Shown piece by piece: positions 28,939 through 37,908 of a stretch of DNA of 64,000 nt (its first letter is position 1; every line of letters begins with the position of its first letter). The notes under the pieces are model-generated. The model was not told where the DNA came from. It saw only the letters and a program-made list of their open reading frames with translations, and did no database searches. A program made the position numbers and the translations under genes. This DNA comes from Bacteroidales bacterium (lineage in GTDB: Bacteria; Bacteroidota; Bacteroidia; Bacteroidales; JAADJA01): NCBI GenBank assembly GCA_020052415.1, contig JAGVPB010000094.1, forward strand, positions 102,881 to 166,880. Direction: 5' to 3'.

Positions 28939-29032
28939 TTTTAAAAATTTTTCCTGCCTCGGTATTGCTATTTCTTTCAGAAATTGTATATTAGCGGTTT
29001 TTAAGCGATAACAATATTTTAATATTAAAACA

Positions 29033-32000
29033 ATGAAAAAGTTGACTCCGTTTCTTTCAAAATTAAGCAGTAAATTTCGTATGCCGGTTATCCTATTATT
29101 AAGCGCCACTTCAGTGGCAGAGGTTATTGCAGGGACCGGTGAGGCCAAAGACTGGTCAATTGTAGCTACTTATACGATTCCTGGCAAAGCTTCCGGTCTC
29201 GCATGGGACGGGACTTACATTTATTTCGGGATATATGGTGCAAATGGCGATGATGTATATAAATTCAACCCAACCAACGGAACCAATGAGCTTTTGTTTA
29301 CTAGCACTGCACTGGAAGACGCCTTTGGGATGACCTGGGACGGAAGCAATTTATGGATCACCGACCATGCCAACAGTTCGTCATTGCCTGCTTATGCTAT
29401 GAAATTCGACATGAGTGGAAATGTGATCAGTCAGTTTAATTTGCCGGATCATTACATGTCGGGGATTGCTTATGATAATGGTAATTTCTGGGCAGCGACC
29501 TATTACCCGAACCCGGGGACCATATACAAACTTGATAATACCGGGGCAATTCTTGACCAGATTCCCTCACCGAATGCCCAGCCCTGGGACGTCTGTATGC
29601 AGGGAAGCGATCTATGGGTCGCTGATTACGATGGTAATACGCTTTATAAGATTAACCAGTCGGGAACAATTCTTGAAAGTCATGCCTGTGAAAATTTGAA
29701 ACCCGCCGGTGTAGTCTTTGATGGCCAGTATTTATGGTATGTTGATGGTGAATTATCTTCGAACAGCACCCTTTACAAAGTCAACCTTTCCGGAGCCGGA
29801 ACACCGCAAATCGAGGTACCCGTAATCATGTACAATTATGGAAATGTTATCCTCGGCGATTCGGCAGTATGGTACTGCGATGTGAACAGCACTGGTACAG
29901 CAGATCTTGTGATCACCAACCTGATCATTCAGAATGCGGTTCCTATCTTTGTTTGGATGGGCTTCCCGCAGACGATCACTCCCGGAGGCTCCATTCAAAT
30001 CCCATTTATTTATAAACCAACCGAACCTATCCCACTTGACACCTGGATAATCATCGAATCCAATGACCCAGTCAGTCCGCAGGTTACGTTACAGGTGACA
30101 GGTGAAGCCGTTTATGACGGACCGCATATTAATGTCCCTAACCAGGTACACGATTATAGTGATGTAAGATTAAATGCCACTACCAGATGGTTTCTTGAAA
30201 TTCAAAATGATGGCGGACAAACTTTGCAGGTAACGGATATTTCGATTACTGATGACCATTTTTATCTTGATCAGAGTGTTACATTTCCCATTTCTGTTAA
30301 TGTTTTGGAAAGTACATATATTGGAATATGGTTCCAGCCGGATGAGGCAATAGTATATAATGGCTATGCCCAAATCAGTCACAATGATATTACTCAGGGA
30401 AATATTCTGGTCAATTTACAGGGAACTGGCATAGATGAAGATTATCCGATGGGAGAATTGCTATGGAATTATACCATCACTACCAGTTGGGATAACAGCA
30501 TAAAGGGAATTTCGCCAATAGGTGATGTAAGCGGTGACGGAGTTGATGATGTAGTGGTTTGTTCTGAGGATGATTTTGTCAGGTGTTTCAATGGGAATTC
30601 TTCAGGAACAGCCGACATTCTTTGGGAAAATGAAGCAGGTTCGCTTTATGCTCAAAACGATATTTGTATTCCGGGTGATCTCAATGGCGATGGCTTCGGC
30701 GATGCAGTTATTGGTTTTGCATGGGGAGTGCGGGCTGTTAAAGCTTTTTCTGGTAAAACCGGGGAACAATTGTGGATTTACGACACCCATGAGTATGGCG
30801 ACGGAGGCTGGGTTTACCAGGTTTCCGGAAATTTTGATTATAACGATGACGGCATAAAAGATATACTTGCAGCTACCGGCAACGATGGCAACAATACAGG
30901 TCCAAAACGTATTTTCTGTTTGAATGGGGTTTCAGGTGAAGTCTTATGGGATACCTTTACCGACGGGCCAAATTTTGGAGTAATCGGAGTTGAGGATTTC
31001 ACAGGTGATTCTACTCCGGATGCTATTGGAGGTGCATCAAATAACGGCGAAACCGAAGGAAAAGTTTATGGAATTGACGGAGCTGACGGCTCTATTACCT
31101 TTACATACACAACGAGCGGAAGTTCGGTTTGGGCTCTGGAACAACTGAAGGATATAAACAATGATGGCATCAAAGATATTATTGCAGGAGACTTTGGCGG
31201 ACATTATTACCTGATTGATCCTGTTACCGGAAATCCGGTTTATTTCGGCAATGTTGGCACTTCACTTTTACTGCGATTCGAACGCCTGAATGATGTGAAT
31301 GGAGACGGATACCCTGATATAGCGATTGGACACAGCGGAACAAATGCCGTAGTTGAAAGCGGATTTAACGGTCAAAATATCTGGCTGACAGGACTGGCAG
31401 ACAAATGCTGGAACATTGATCGTATTGATGACGTCAGCGGTGATGGGATTAATGATTTGGTGGCTGGAACATTATATTCAGGAAATTATTGTTATTTCAT
31501 CAATGGAACCAATGGCGATATACTATTCTCACAAAATTATGGTGAACCTGTTGACGGAATAGCTGCTATTCCTGATATCACAGGCGACGGATCATGGGAA
31601 ATGGTTGTCGGAGGTCGTAACGGTAAATTATATTGTTACTCCGGCGGATTGAACAGTTCAATTTTAAATGCTGACTTCGAGGCTGATACTACTTATGGAC
31701 ACATCCCTTTTGATGTGCAGTTTACCGATCTTACTTCCGGAAATGCAATATCCTGGCAATGGGATTTTGAAAATGACGGAACCATTGATTCTTATGATCA
31801 AAATCCTGTTCATGCCTATTCAACTATTGGTACATACTCCGTTAAAATGATTGCCGGTAATGGTACGGTTACTGACACTGCTTTAAAAATAAATTATATA
31901 ATTGCAGATTCGACAGTCGGCTACTCCGAAATTTTATCAGAAAATAATATTTCAGCAAGTCCTAACCCTTTTAATAAAAATGTAACTGTTTACTATGAAC

Positions 32001-32212
32001 TGACTGATAATGTCACGGTTCAAATTTCGATTTATAATCCCAAAGGTGAAAAAGTAAGGACATTACAGCCAAGTATTTATCAAACCAATGGCAAATACAA
32101 GGTGTTGTGGGATGGCACAAATGATTACGGTCATTATGTGGATCAGGGTATATATTTCGGTTACTTCATGATTGGTAATAATATTAAAGTAATTAAGCTG
32201 ATCAAACAATAG
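29033..32212 (+). CDS. large secreted T9SS cargo protein: beta-propeller (NHL-like) region, FG-GAP/VCBS-type repeats, PKD domain, type A C-terminal sorting domain
   Basis: A signal peptide is present. Repeated DxNGDGxxD loops occur (GDLNGDGFGDAVIG, DVNGDGYPDIAIG, DVSGDGINDLVAG). The PKD-like segment is FTDLTSGNAISWQWDFENDGTIDSYDQNPVHAYSTIGTYSVKM. The C-terminus ASPNPFNKNVTVYYEL...GIYFGYF resembles the Por_Secre_tail CTD. Confidence 0.75.
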   Translation: MKKLTPFLSKLSSKFRMPVILLLSATSVAEVIAGTGEAKDWSIVATYTIPGKASGLAWDGTYIYFGIYGANGDDVYKFNPTNGTNELLFTSTALEDAFGMTWDGSNLWITDHANSSSLPAYAMKFDMSGNVISQFNLPDHYMSGIAYDNGNFWAATYYPNPGTIYKLDNTGAILDQIPSPNAQPWDVCMQGSDLWVADYDGNTLYKINQSGTILESHACENLKPAGVVFDGQYLWYVDGELSSNSTLYKVNLSGAGTPQIEVPVIMYNYGNVILGDSAVWYCDVNSTGTADLVITNLIIQNAVPIFVWMGFPQTITPGGSIQIPFIYKPTEPIPLDTWIIIESNDPVSPQVTLQVTGEAVYDGPHINVPNQVHDYSDVRLNATTRWFLEIQNDGGQTLQVTDISITDDHFYLDQSVTFPISVNVLESTYIGIWFQPDEAIVYNGYAQISHNDITQGNILVNLQGTGIDEDYPMGELLWNYTITTSWDNSIKGISPIGDVSGDGVDDVVVCSEDDFVRCFNGNSSGTADILWENEAGSLYAQNDICIPGDLNGDGFGDAVIGFAWGVRAVKAFSGKTGEQLWIYDTHEYGDGGWVYQVSGNFDYNDDGIKDILAATGNDGNNTGPKRIFCLNGVSGEVLWDTFTDGPNFGVIGVEDFTGDSTPDAIGGASNNGETEGKVYGIDGADGSITFTYTTSGSSVWALEQLKDINNDGIKDIIAGDFGGHYYLIDPVTGNPVYFGNVGTSLLLRFERLNDVNGDGYPDIAIGHSGTNAVVESGFNGQNIWLTGLADKCWNIDRIDDVSGDGINDLVAGTLYSGNYCYFINGTNGDILFSQNYGEPVDGIAAIPDITGDGSWEMVVGGRNGKLYCYSGGLNSSILNADFEADTTYGHIPFDVQFTDLTSGNAISWQWDFENDGTIDSYDQNPVHAYSTIGTYSVKMIAGNGTVTDTALKINYIIADSTVGYSEILSENNISASPNPFNKNVTVYYELTDNVTVQISIYNPKGEKVRTLQPSIYQTNGKYKVLWDGTNDYGHYVDQGIYFGYFMIGNNIKVIKLIKQ

Positions 32213-32504
32213 AAAATTATCGAATGCTTCCATTAAATCTTTGATTGTTACCTAAGATCAAATCAAGTTGATTCATTCATAATATAAGAACAGCCTCGCA
32301 GGGAAGCTCAATGACCTTAAACTGTCATCTGAACAATTGCAATCAAACCAGGTGAGTAATCCGGTTTAATTCCTGAATTTTTACCTAAATTACTGGTGAA
32401 TTCAATTTGATAAAAAGTCGCATTATCCGATTTTGTTCCCAATTTGGTAACTATAATCTGTAATAAATCGTAGGAGCAGGTAAATTTACAATTCAGAAAT
32501 AGCA

Positions 32505-34967
32505 ATGTATAGGTATTTTCTGGTCATCTTTACCGCAATTACCCAAGTTGTTCTGGCTCAGGATGCAGCCTGGAATAAAATTGGTTTGGGAAATTCGGGT
32601 CTGCCAAATGAAACTATCAAATGTATCGAATTTGATAAGGACGGTGCAATGTGGGTCGGGACTTATATGGGTGGTTTGGCCGTCCTGAAGGATGATAAAT
32701 GGACAGTTTATAATACCACCAATTCTGAGCTACCGCACAACTATATAAATGCCATAGCCATTGACCGGAACAATGTAAAATGGATAGGCACCGATGGAGG
32801 CGGATTAACTCAATTTGACGGGCAAACCTGGAAAACATTCAAGACTTCCAACTCGTCACTCCCTTCCAATGTGGTGATGTCGGTATTTGCCGATGATAAT
32901 GGAATCATTTGGGTAGGCACATATTTCGGAGGACTGGCACGGTTCGACGGTACTAACTGGCAGATTTATAAAGATGACAACTCACCCCTGTTGTCAAACA
33001 AAGTTGTTGTCATAAAAAAGGATACTAAAAATTTACTTTGGATAGGAACCCAGGGTGGAGGAGTTGCATCTTTTGACGGTCAAAACTGGAATATTTACAC
33101 CGAAAGAAATTCAAAACTCGCCAGTGATTATATTTATTCCATCGCAATTGATAAGCAGAACAACAAATGGTTTGGTACCGGCGGCGGAGGCCTTGCGGTA
33201 TTCAATGGAGAAAACTGGCTTAGCTTTACTTCAAAAAATTCAAAGATCACGGATGATAATGTAAGGCCAATTTATATCGGGGAACAGGGATATAAGTGGA
33301 TAGGGACCTACATCGGAGGACTGAACTTGTTTGATGGTGAAAAATGGAAGGTTTACGATTACCAGAATTCGTCGGTGCCCGATGATGAAATAACCTGTAT
33401 TTCACATGACCAGTACCGACTTTTGATTGGAACCGAACGGTCAGGCATTATTACATTTCAGGATACCATCAAACAATCCTATACAACCTTATCTGATGAA
33501 CTTGCATTGCAGGAGATAACTCCGGTCCTATTTGAAAAGGAACCCGAGCCTGTCCCAATAAAAAAGGAAGAATCCAAACCTGAAAAGAAAGCGGAATCCA
33601 AACCTGAAAAGAAAGCAGAACCTAAGCCTGAGAAAAAGACACTGCCCAAATCCGAGAAAAAGGCTGAACCCAAGCCTGATCCTGAGAAATTAATAGTTGC
33701 AGACGCTAAGACAGAAAAAAAAGCCAAACCTGAGCCCAAACCTGAGAAAAAAGCTGAACCTAAGATAAAAGACACAGTTCCTGAAGTTCAGAGCATAGTG
33801 ACGCCTCAGCAAAAACATAAAATTGTCGTCATGTTCGATGCCGCCGACCTTAACCGGGATAAAACAAGGATGAACATGTACATGAGGTCCTTTAAAATTT
33901 TATTACGTCACCGGGAACGAATTAATAAATGGTATGATGTCACATTAATGATTTATTCGAGTAATTCCAACATCAATCCGAAGAAAATCATCATCAGTAA
34001 ATCAAAGCTGAACTCGTTACGTGTAGCCAATGTTGTTTATCTCGACGGGGAAACGAACTATACTGAAGCTATCAAAAAAGCATTCGGGACAATTACAAAG
34101 GATTTCAGCAAACAGGGTAATAACCATGTGATATCAGCTACCTACAAATTTATCCGGGAAGATGAAAAAGCAAAGGTGATCATCAAAGAAAACGTTCAGC
34201 AAAACAATATTGTGTTTTCATTGCTTGCCTTTGAAACACGCGGCTGGAAAATGGAATATAAGATGCGCGACCTGGTTCCAAAAGGGAGAAGCCATTATTA
34301 TTCAATCAACCGTGCAAGCATAAAGGATAACTGGTCGGTGACCGCCCAATTCGGGATTTCCATCTTTAAGGGAGACATGGATGTATCACAGGTAATATCC
34401 TTTCCCGGTGTAGTTGGGTTTGCTGTAAATAAACAAGTCCTTTCGACAGGTATTATTAATGGCGGGATCAAGGCACAATTTAATTTCGGTAGCCTGAACG
34501 GAAGTAAAAACAGTTACTCCTTTGAAAACAAATATAAGGAAGGCTGTCTGAATTTCCAGGTCATTCTCAATAATTTGATGAGCAGGAATTTCAGGTTCGA
34601 AACAATCAGGCCTTACGCATTTGCAGGCCTTGGGTTTATAAATTACAGGGTATTGCTTCGCGATGGCAGTGGAAATGTGGTCAATGGATACGGTTATAAA
34701 GTAAATGAAGGAGACATCGAGGGTAATGGAACCGACCCAGAAAAAACATCGGCTGCAACCGACATGATATTCCCTGTAGGTGCAGGTGTAAATTACAAGC
34801 TGAATCCTAAATTAAATCTTGAACTTGAGGCATCATCAAGGTTTATGAACAGCGATAAACTCGATGGTAAATGCCGTTTCGAAAATGATAAATACTGGTT
34901 TGTTTCGATAGGTGTCACCTATTTATTCAGTAACAAGGAATTTCTGGCCGATATCCTGAATCGTTGA
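32505..34967 (+). CDS. secreted multidomain protein: Reg_prop (two-component regulator propeller) repeats, Lys/Pro/Glu-rich repeat linker, degenerate vWA-like region, C-terminal OMP beta-barrel-like domain
   Basis: Repeated W[VI]GT..GGL..F[DN]G..W motifs occur ~7 times. KPEKKAE repeats follow. LDGETNYTEAIKKAF is vWA-like. The C-terminal alternating-hydrophobic strands end in WFVSIGVTYLF. Confidence 0.6.
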   Translation: MYRYFLVIFTAITQVVLAQDAAWNKIGLGNSGLPNETIKCIEFDKDGAMWVGTYMGGLAVLKDDKWTVYNTTNSELPHNYINAIAIDRNNVKWIGTDGGGLTQFDGQTWKTFKTSNSSLPSNVVMSVFADDNGIIWVGTYFGGLARFDGTNWQIYKDDNSPLLSNKVVVIKKDTKNLLWIGTQGGGVASFDGQNWNIYTERNSKLASDYIYSIAIDKQNNKWFGTGGGGLAVFNGENWLSFTSKNSKITDDNVRPIYIGEQGYKWIGTYIGGLNLFDGEKWKVYDYQNSSVPDDEITCISHDQYRLLIGTERSGIITFQDTIKQSYTTLSDELALQEITPVLFEKEPEPVPIKKEESKPEKKAESKPEKKAEPKPEKKTLPKSEKKAEPKPDPEKLIVADAKTEKKAKPEPKPEKKAEPKIKDTVPEVQSIVTPQQKHKIVVMFDAADLNRDKTRMNMYMRSFKILLRHRERINKWYDVTLMIYSSNSNINPKKIIISKSKLNSLRVANVVYLDGETNYTEAIKKAFGTITKDFSKQGNNHVISATYKFIREDEKAKVIIKENVQQNNIVFSLLAFETRGWKMEYKMRDLVPKGRSHYYSINRASIKDNWSVTAQFGISIFKGDMDVSQVISFPGVVGFAVNKQVLSTGIINGGIKAQFNFGSLNGSKNSYSFENKYKEGCLNFQVILNNLMSRNFRFETIRPYAFAGLGFINYRVLLRDGSGNVVNGYGYKVNEGDIEGNGTDPEKTSAATDMIFPVGAGVNYKLNPKLNLELEASSRFMNSDKLDGKCRFENDKYWFVSIGVTYLFSNKEFLADILNR
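33568..33765 (+). repeat. in-frame tandem repeat encoding (E/A)(S/P)KPEKKA units
   Basis: GAATCCAAACCTGAAAAGAAAGC occurs at 33570-33592 and again at 33594-33616 (24-nt period). Degenerate copies continue to ~33765. Confidence 0.85.
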
Positions 34968-35021
34968 TGGGCTCTTTGTTTCCGTACTAAAATAAGCATC
35001 CAGTTTTATCGTTACTTGTCA

Positions 35022-36179
35022 ATGAAAAGTGGAAACTTGCAATTTTTGATTCTTACAACCTATCTCATTCTAATCTCCCATATATGTATTTCACAGAAGG
35101 AGTATGCTAAAAATCCCCATGTTGATTATAATATTGCTATCAGCGATGACAATTACCATATCAGCTACACTTTTATGGATCATTTCGATAATTTTCAAAC
35201 TTTTGAATTGATATTGCCTGTGGAATTTACCGAAAATGAGATAACAGTTTTCGGGGTTCCGTCATGGCTGTTTAATCCTTACTCAGATACCGAATATAAC
35301 CGACAAATCCGCAACAAGGAACTGAGCAAAGGGCTTTTTAAATTAAGCAAAAATACAATTGAGGTTGATAAAAGCGCAGTACTGAGAAGGTATGCCGAAA
35401 CTTTTTGTAAACCTATTGCCGGCATGATCGTCGAATCGCTTGAGGAATATGGCAGAGACACCCGCCGCGACAGGATTGAACTGGCCATCCGGTTCGTACA
35501 GGACATTCCTTATGGCATACCCCAATATTCTGACAAAGCAAGGCATTACGGAGGAGTAATTCCACCACCGGCGCTTCTGAAAAATGGTTATGGCGATTGT
35601 GATTCAAAAGTTCTGCTTTTTGCCGGTATTCTTATCTATCTCATCCCCGGAAATGAAATTATCTTTCTGAACCAGGCCGATCATGTGCTATCTGCTGTAT
35701 TTGGAGAAAAGGAAGAAGGACTCACCTATGTGAACTTTATGAATAAAAATTACCTGGTCGCTGAAACATCAGGTCCCGGACAAAGAAAACTGGGCGAGAA
35801 GGGTAATTATTTCAGGAATAAATTCACAGCTGAACCACTGGATTTCGACCTACCTGAACCATTGCCTTTTGACCCGGATGCTATTGCTGTCAGGTCTGTT
35901 TCGAATAACAGTGTGGATAAAAATAAAGTGGTGATCAAAAACATGTCGGCCAACTATTTTAAATTTCAGCTAAGCTATGACAACAAGAACTGGCAGGATT
36001 TTAATCTGAAAAATAATGAATCAGGCATTTTTAACCTTACAGAGAAAGATTTCGTAATGCTTAGGATACGGGAAAGATCAAAAGGCTTTGCCGTTTATAA
36101 AATCCTGCCCGGGAACTCTTATTCATTTCACTGGGACAACCATTACGAAAAATGGGAACCGGATTTTAAGGTGTTTTAA
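35022..36179 (+). CDS. secreted hypothetical protein with possible transglutaminase-like cysteine protease core
   Basis: The signal-like N-terminus is LQFLILTTYLILISHICIS. GYGDCDSKVLLFAGIL (Cys), ADHVLSAV (His) and LVAETSG (acidic) have spacing reminiscent of transglutaminase-like folds. Confidence 0.35.
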   Translation: MKSGNLQFLILTTYLILISHICISQKEYAKNPHVDYNIAISDDNYHISYTFMDHFDNFQTFELILPVEFTENEITVFGVPSWLFNPYSDTEYNRQIRNKELSKGLFKLSKNTIEVDKSAVLRRYAETFCKPIAGMIVESLEEYGRDTRRDRIELAIRFVQDIPYGIPQYSDKARHYGGVIPPPALLKNGYGDCDSKVLLFAGILIYLIPGNEIIFLNQADHVLSAVFGEKEEGLTYVNFMNKNYLVAETSGPGQRKLGEKGNYFRNKFTAEPLDFDLPEPLPFDPDAIAVRSVSNNSVDKNKVVIKNMSANYFKFQLSYDNKNWQDFNLKNNESGIFNLTEKDFVMLRIRERSKGFAVYKILPGNSYSFHWDNHYEKWEPDFKVF

Positions 36180-36332
36180 GAATCGTTAAAGCAATCTCTA
36201 TTCTTACTATTTTTATCCCCTCGAATCAACTCTGCTTTCCCGTAACACCACTCAGCCCCTATCCCATTGCCCGTTACACATCACCCCCACATCTATATAC
36301 TAAATACTCAAGACTAAACACTAAATAAGGCA

Positions 36333-37670
36333 ATGAAAATCCTACTCATCAATCCCCCGCGCTCGCCACACAACATGATCCTTCAGTCAGCCCCGGATGA
36401 AGCAAAGTATTTTATCCACAAAAAACTTATTGGCCCGCCGCTTGGATTGCTCACCATTGCCGCTGCCGTCAGGGATTTTGATGTCACCTTGTTCGATACC
36501 AAAGGAGAATATGATCTCATCCCTGATGCTCCGCCTCTCGAACAAATGATCATGGAATTACTTCATAGAATTCAACCCGATATCGTAGGCGTATCAATCA
36601 TTACATCAGAATTATATTTTTCAATTGATATCTTTAAAACAATAAAGAATTATAATCCGGATATTCTTACTGTTGCAGGTGGCCTTCATACCACACTTTG
36701 CCCTGAGGACTTTACCGATCCTTCGGTAGATGTGATCTGTCCGGGCCAGTCTGCCAATACTTTCAGAGCTTTGGTCATAAGAAAATCGCAGAACCTTGAC
36801 CTTCGGGATGTGCCGGGCATTTACGTCAATTCGGACAAAGGATTGTTTGCTACTAAAGCTGTTGAATCCAACTGGGATCCTGCAAATGAAAACTTCCTCA
36901 TGCCCGATCGCAGCCTGCTTGAGCGCTGGCGGCAAACCTACAAAGTAGGAAATGCACCTTCACCGACTACCTATCTTTTCACCTCGCTGGGTTGCCCCTA
37001 CCGCTGCACTTTCTGCTCCATCTGGAAAGAGCATAGAGGACTTTATCACCAGCGCACTGTCGAAAGTGTCATTACAGAGCTCAGGCAGATTGATTACGAC
37101 ATCGTCCGCTTTGCGGATGCCAATACCATTGTCAACATCAGTTTTATCAACCGGCTTTTCGACCGGATAAATGAAGAGGGTATCAAAAAAGAATACATCA
37201 TGGATATCCGCGCCGATACGGCGGTTGATCATCCGCAACTGATCGAAAAACTGGCAAATGCAGGTTTAAAGGTAGTCATTTGCGGCTTCGAATCCTTTCG
37301 CGACAGCGAACTGAAAAAATATAACAAGAAGTCCCTTGCTGACCGCATCCACAAGGCCATTGATATTTTTCACCAAAACGGGATTCTTTTGAGAGGGAAT
37401 TATGTTGTTCCCGGCGACTACACCGAAGATGATTTCAAAGCGCTTGCCGAATATGCAAATTCCCACCGTGTCACCTACGCCGGATACACCATACTTACTC
37501 CTATGCCCGGAACGATTTTGTATGAAGAAATGAAAAGCCAGATCATTGACTACGACCTTTCGAAATATAATTTCTTTAACAGTGTCATTAAAACAACTTT
37601 GCCCCTTGATCAGTTTTACGAAAATGTCGGGAAGCTATGGTTGATAAAGAAAGGAAAGGATGTGATTTAG
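36333..37670 (+). CDS. B12-binding-domain radical SAM protein (class B rSAM family)
   Basis: The N-terminus MKILLINPP...GPPLGLLTIAAAV is typical of the B12-binding-type Rossmann domain of this family. The radical SAM motif is LGCPYRCTFCSIW (CxxxCxxC). Confidence 0.8.
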   Translation: MKILLINPPRSPHNMILQSAPDEAKYFIHKKLIGPPLGLLTIAAAVRDFDVTLFDTKGEYDLIPDAPPLEQMIMELLHRIQPDIVGVSIITSELYFSIDIFKTIKNYNPDILTVAGGLHTTLCPEDFTDPSVDVICPGQSANTFRALVIRKSQNLDLRDVPGIYVNSDKGLFATKAVESNWDPANENFLMPDRSLLERWRQTYKVGNAPSPTTYLFTSLGCPYRCTFCSIWKEHRGLYHQRTVESVITELRQIDYDIVRFADANTIVNISFINRLFDRINEEGIKKEYIMDIRADTAVDHPQLIEKLANAGLKVVICGFESFRDSELKKYNKKSLADRIHKAIDIFHQNGILLRGNYVVPGDYTEDDFKALAEYANSHRVTYAGYTILTPMPGTILYEEMKSQIIDYDLSKYNFFNSVIKTTLPLDQFYENVGKLWLIKKGKDVI

Positions 37671-37760
37671 TTTCAGGTTCAAGGTTTCAGGTTTCAAGTT
37701 TCATCTCGCCGTAGGCGAGACAGGTTTTAGGTTTCTGGTTCAAGATTTCAGGTTCCTGTT
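37671..37760. repeat. heptad tandem repeats (TTTCAGG/TTCAAGG-type) flanking a GC stem-loop at a convergent gene junction
   Basis: The left array reads TTTCAGG TTCAAGG TTTCAGG TTTCAAG TTTCA. The hairpin is TCTCGCC-GTA-GGCGAGA at 37704-37720. The right array reads CAGG TTTTAGG TTTCTGG TTCAAGA TTTCAGG TTCCTG. Confidence 0.8.
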
Positions 37761-37908
37761 TAGTTCCATCTGCCGACTGTTGACTGCTATTCTGTTCAGA
37801 GTTCCGGGTTTTGCGTTCAAAAGTAAAACAATCAAACTGCTGGTCGTTGCCTGATAATTCGTTATTCTTATTTCAATTGTTCTTCATTCGTCATTCGATA
37901 TTCAAGTT

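Noticed and set aside
33568-33765. Tandem 24-nt repeats considered as a possible CRISPR or other non-coding array
   Set aside because: The repeats are contiguous with no spacers, lie in frame inside a long ORF and encode a coherent Lys/Pro/Glu-rich linker. No cas genes are in the window.
33479-33775. 98-aa minus-strand ORF with GSGLGSAFFSGL repeats
   Set aside because: It is the antisense reading of the in-frame KPEKKAE tandem repeat of the 820-aa protein. The repetitiveness is a mirror image of the sense-strand repeat, not an independent gene.
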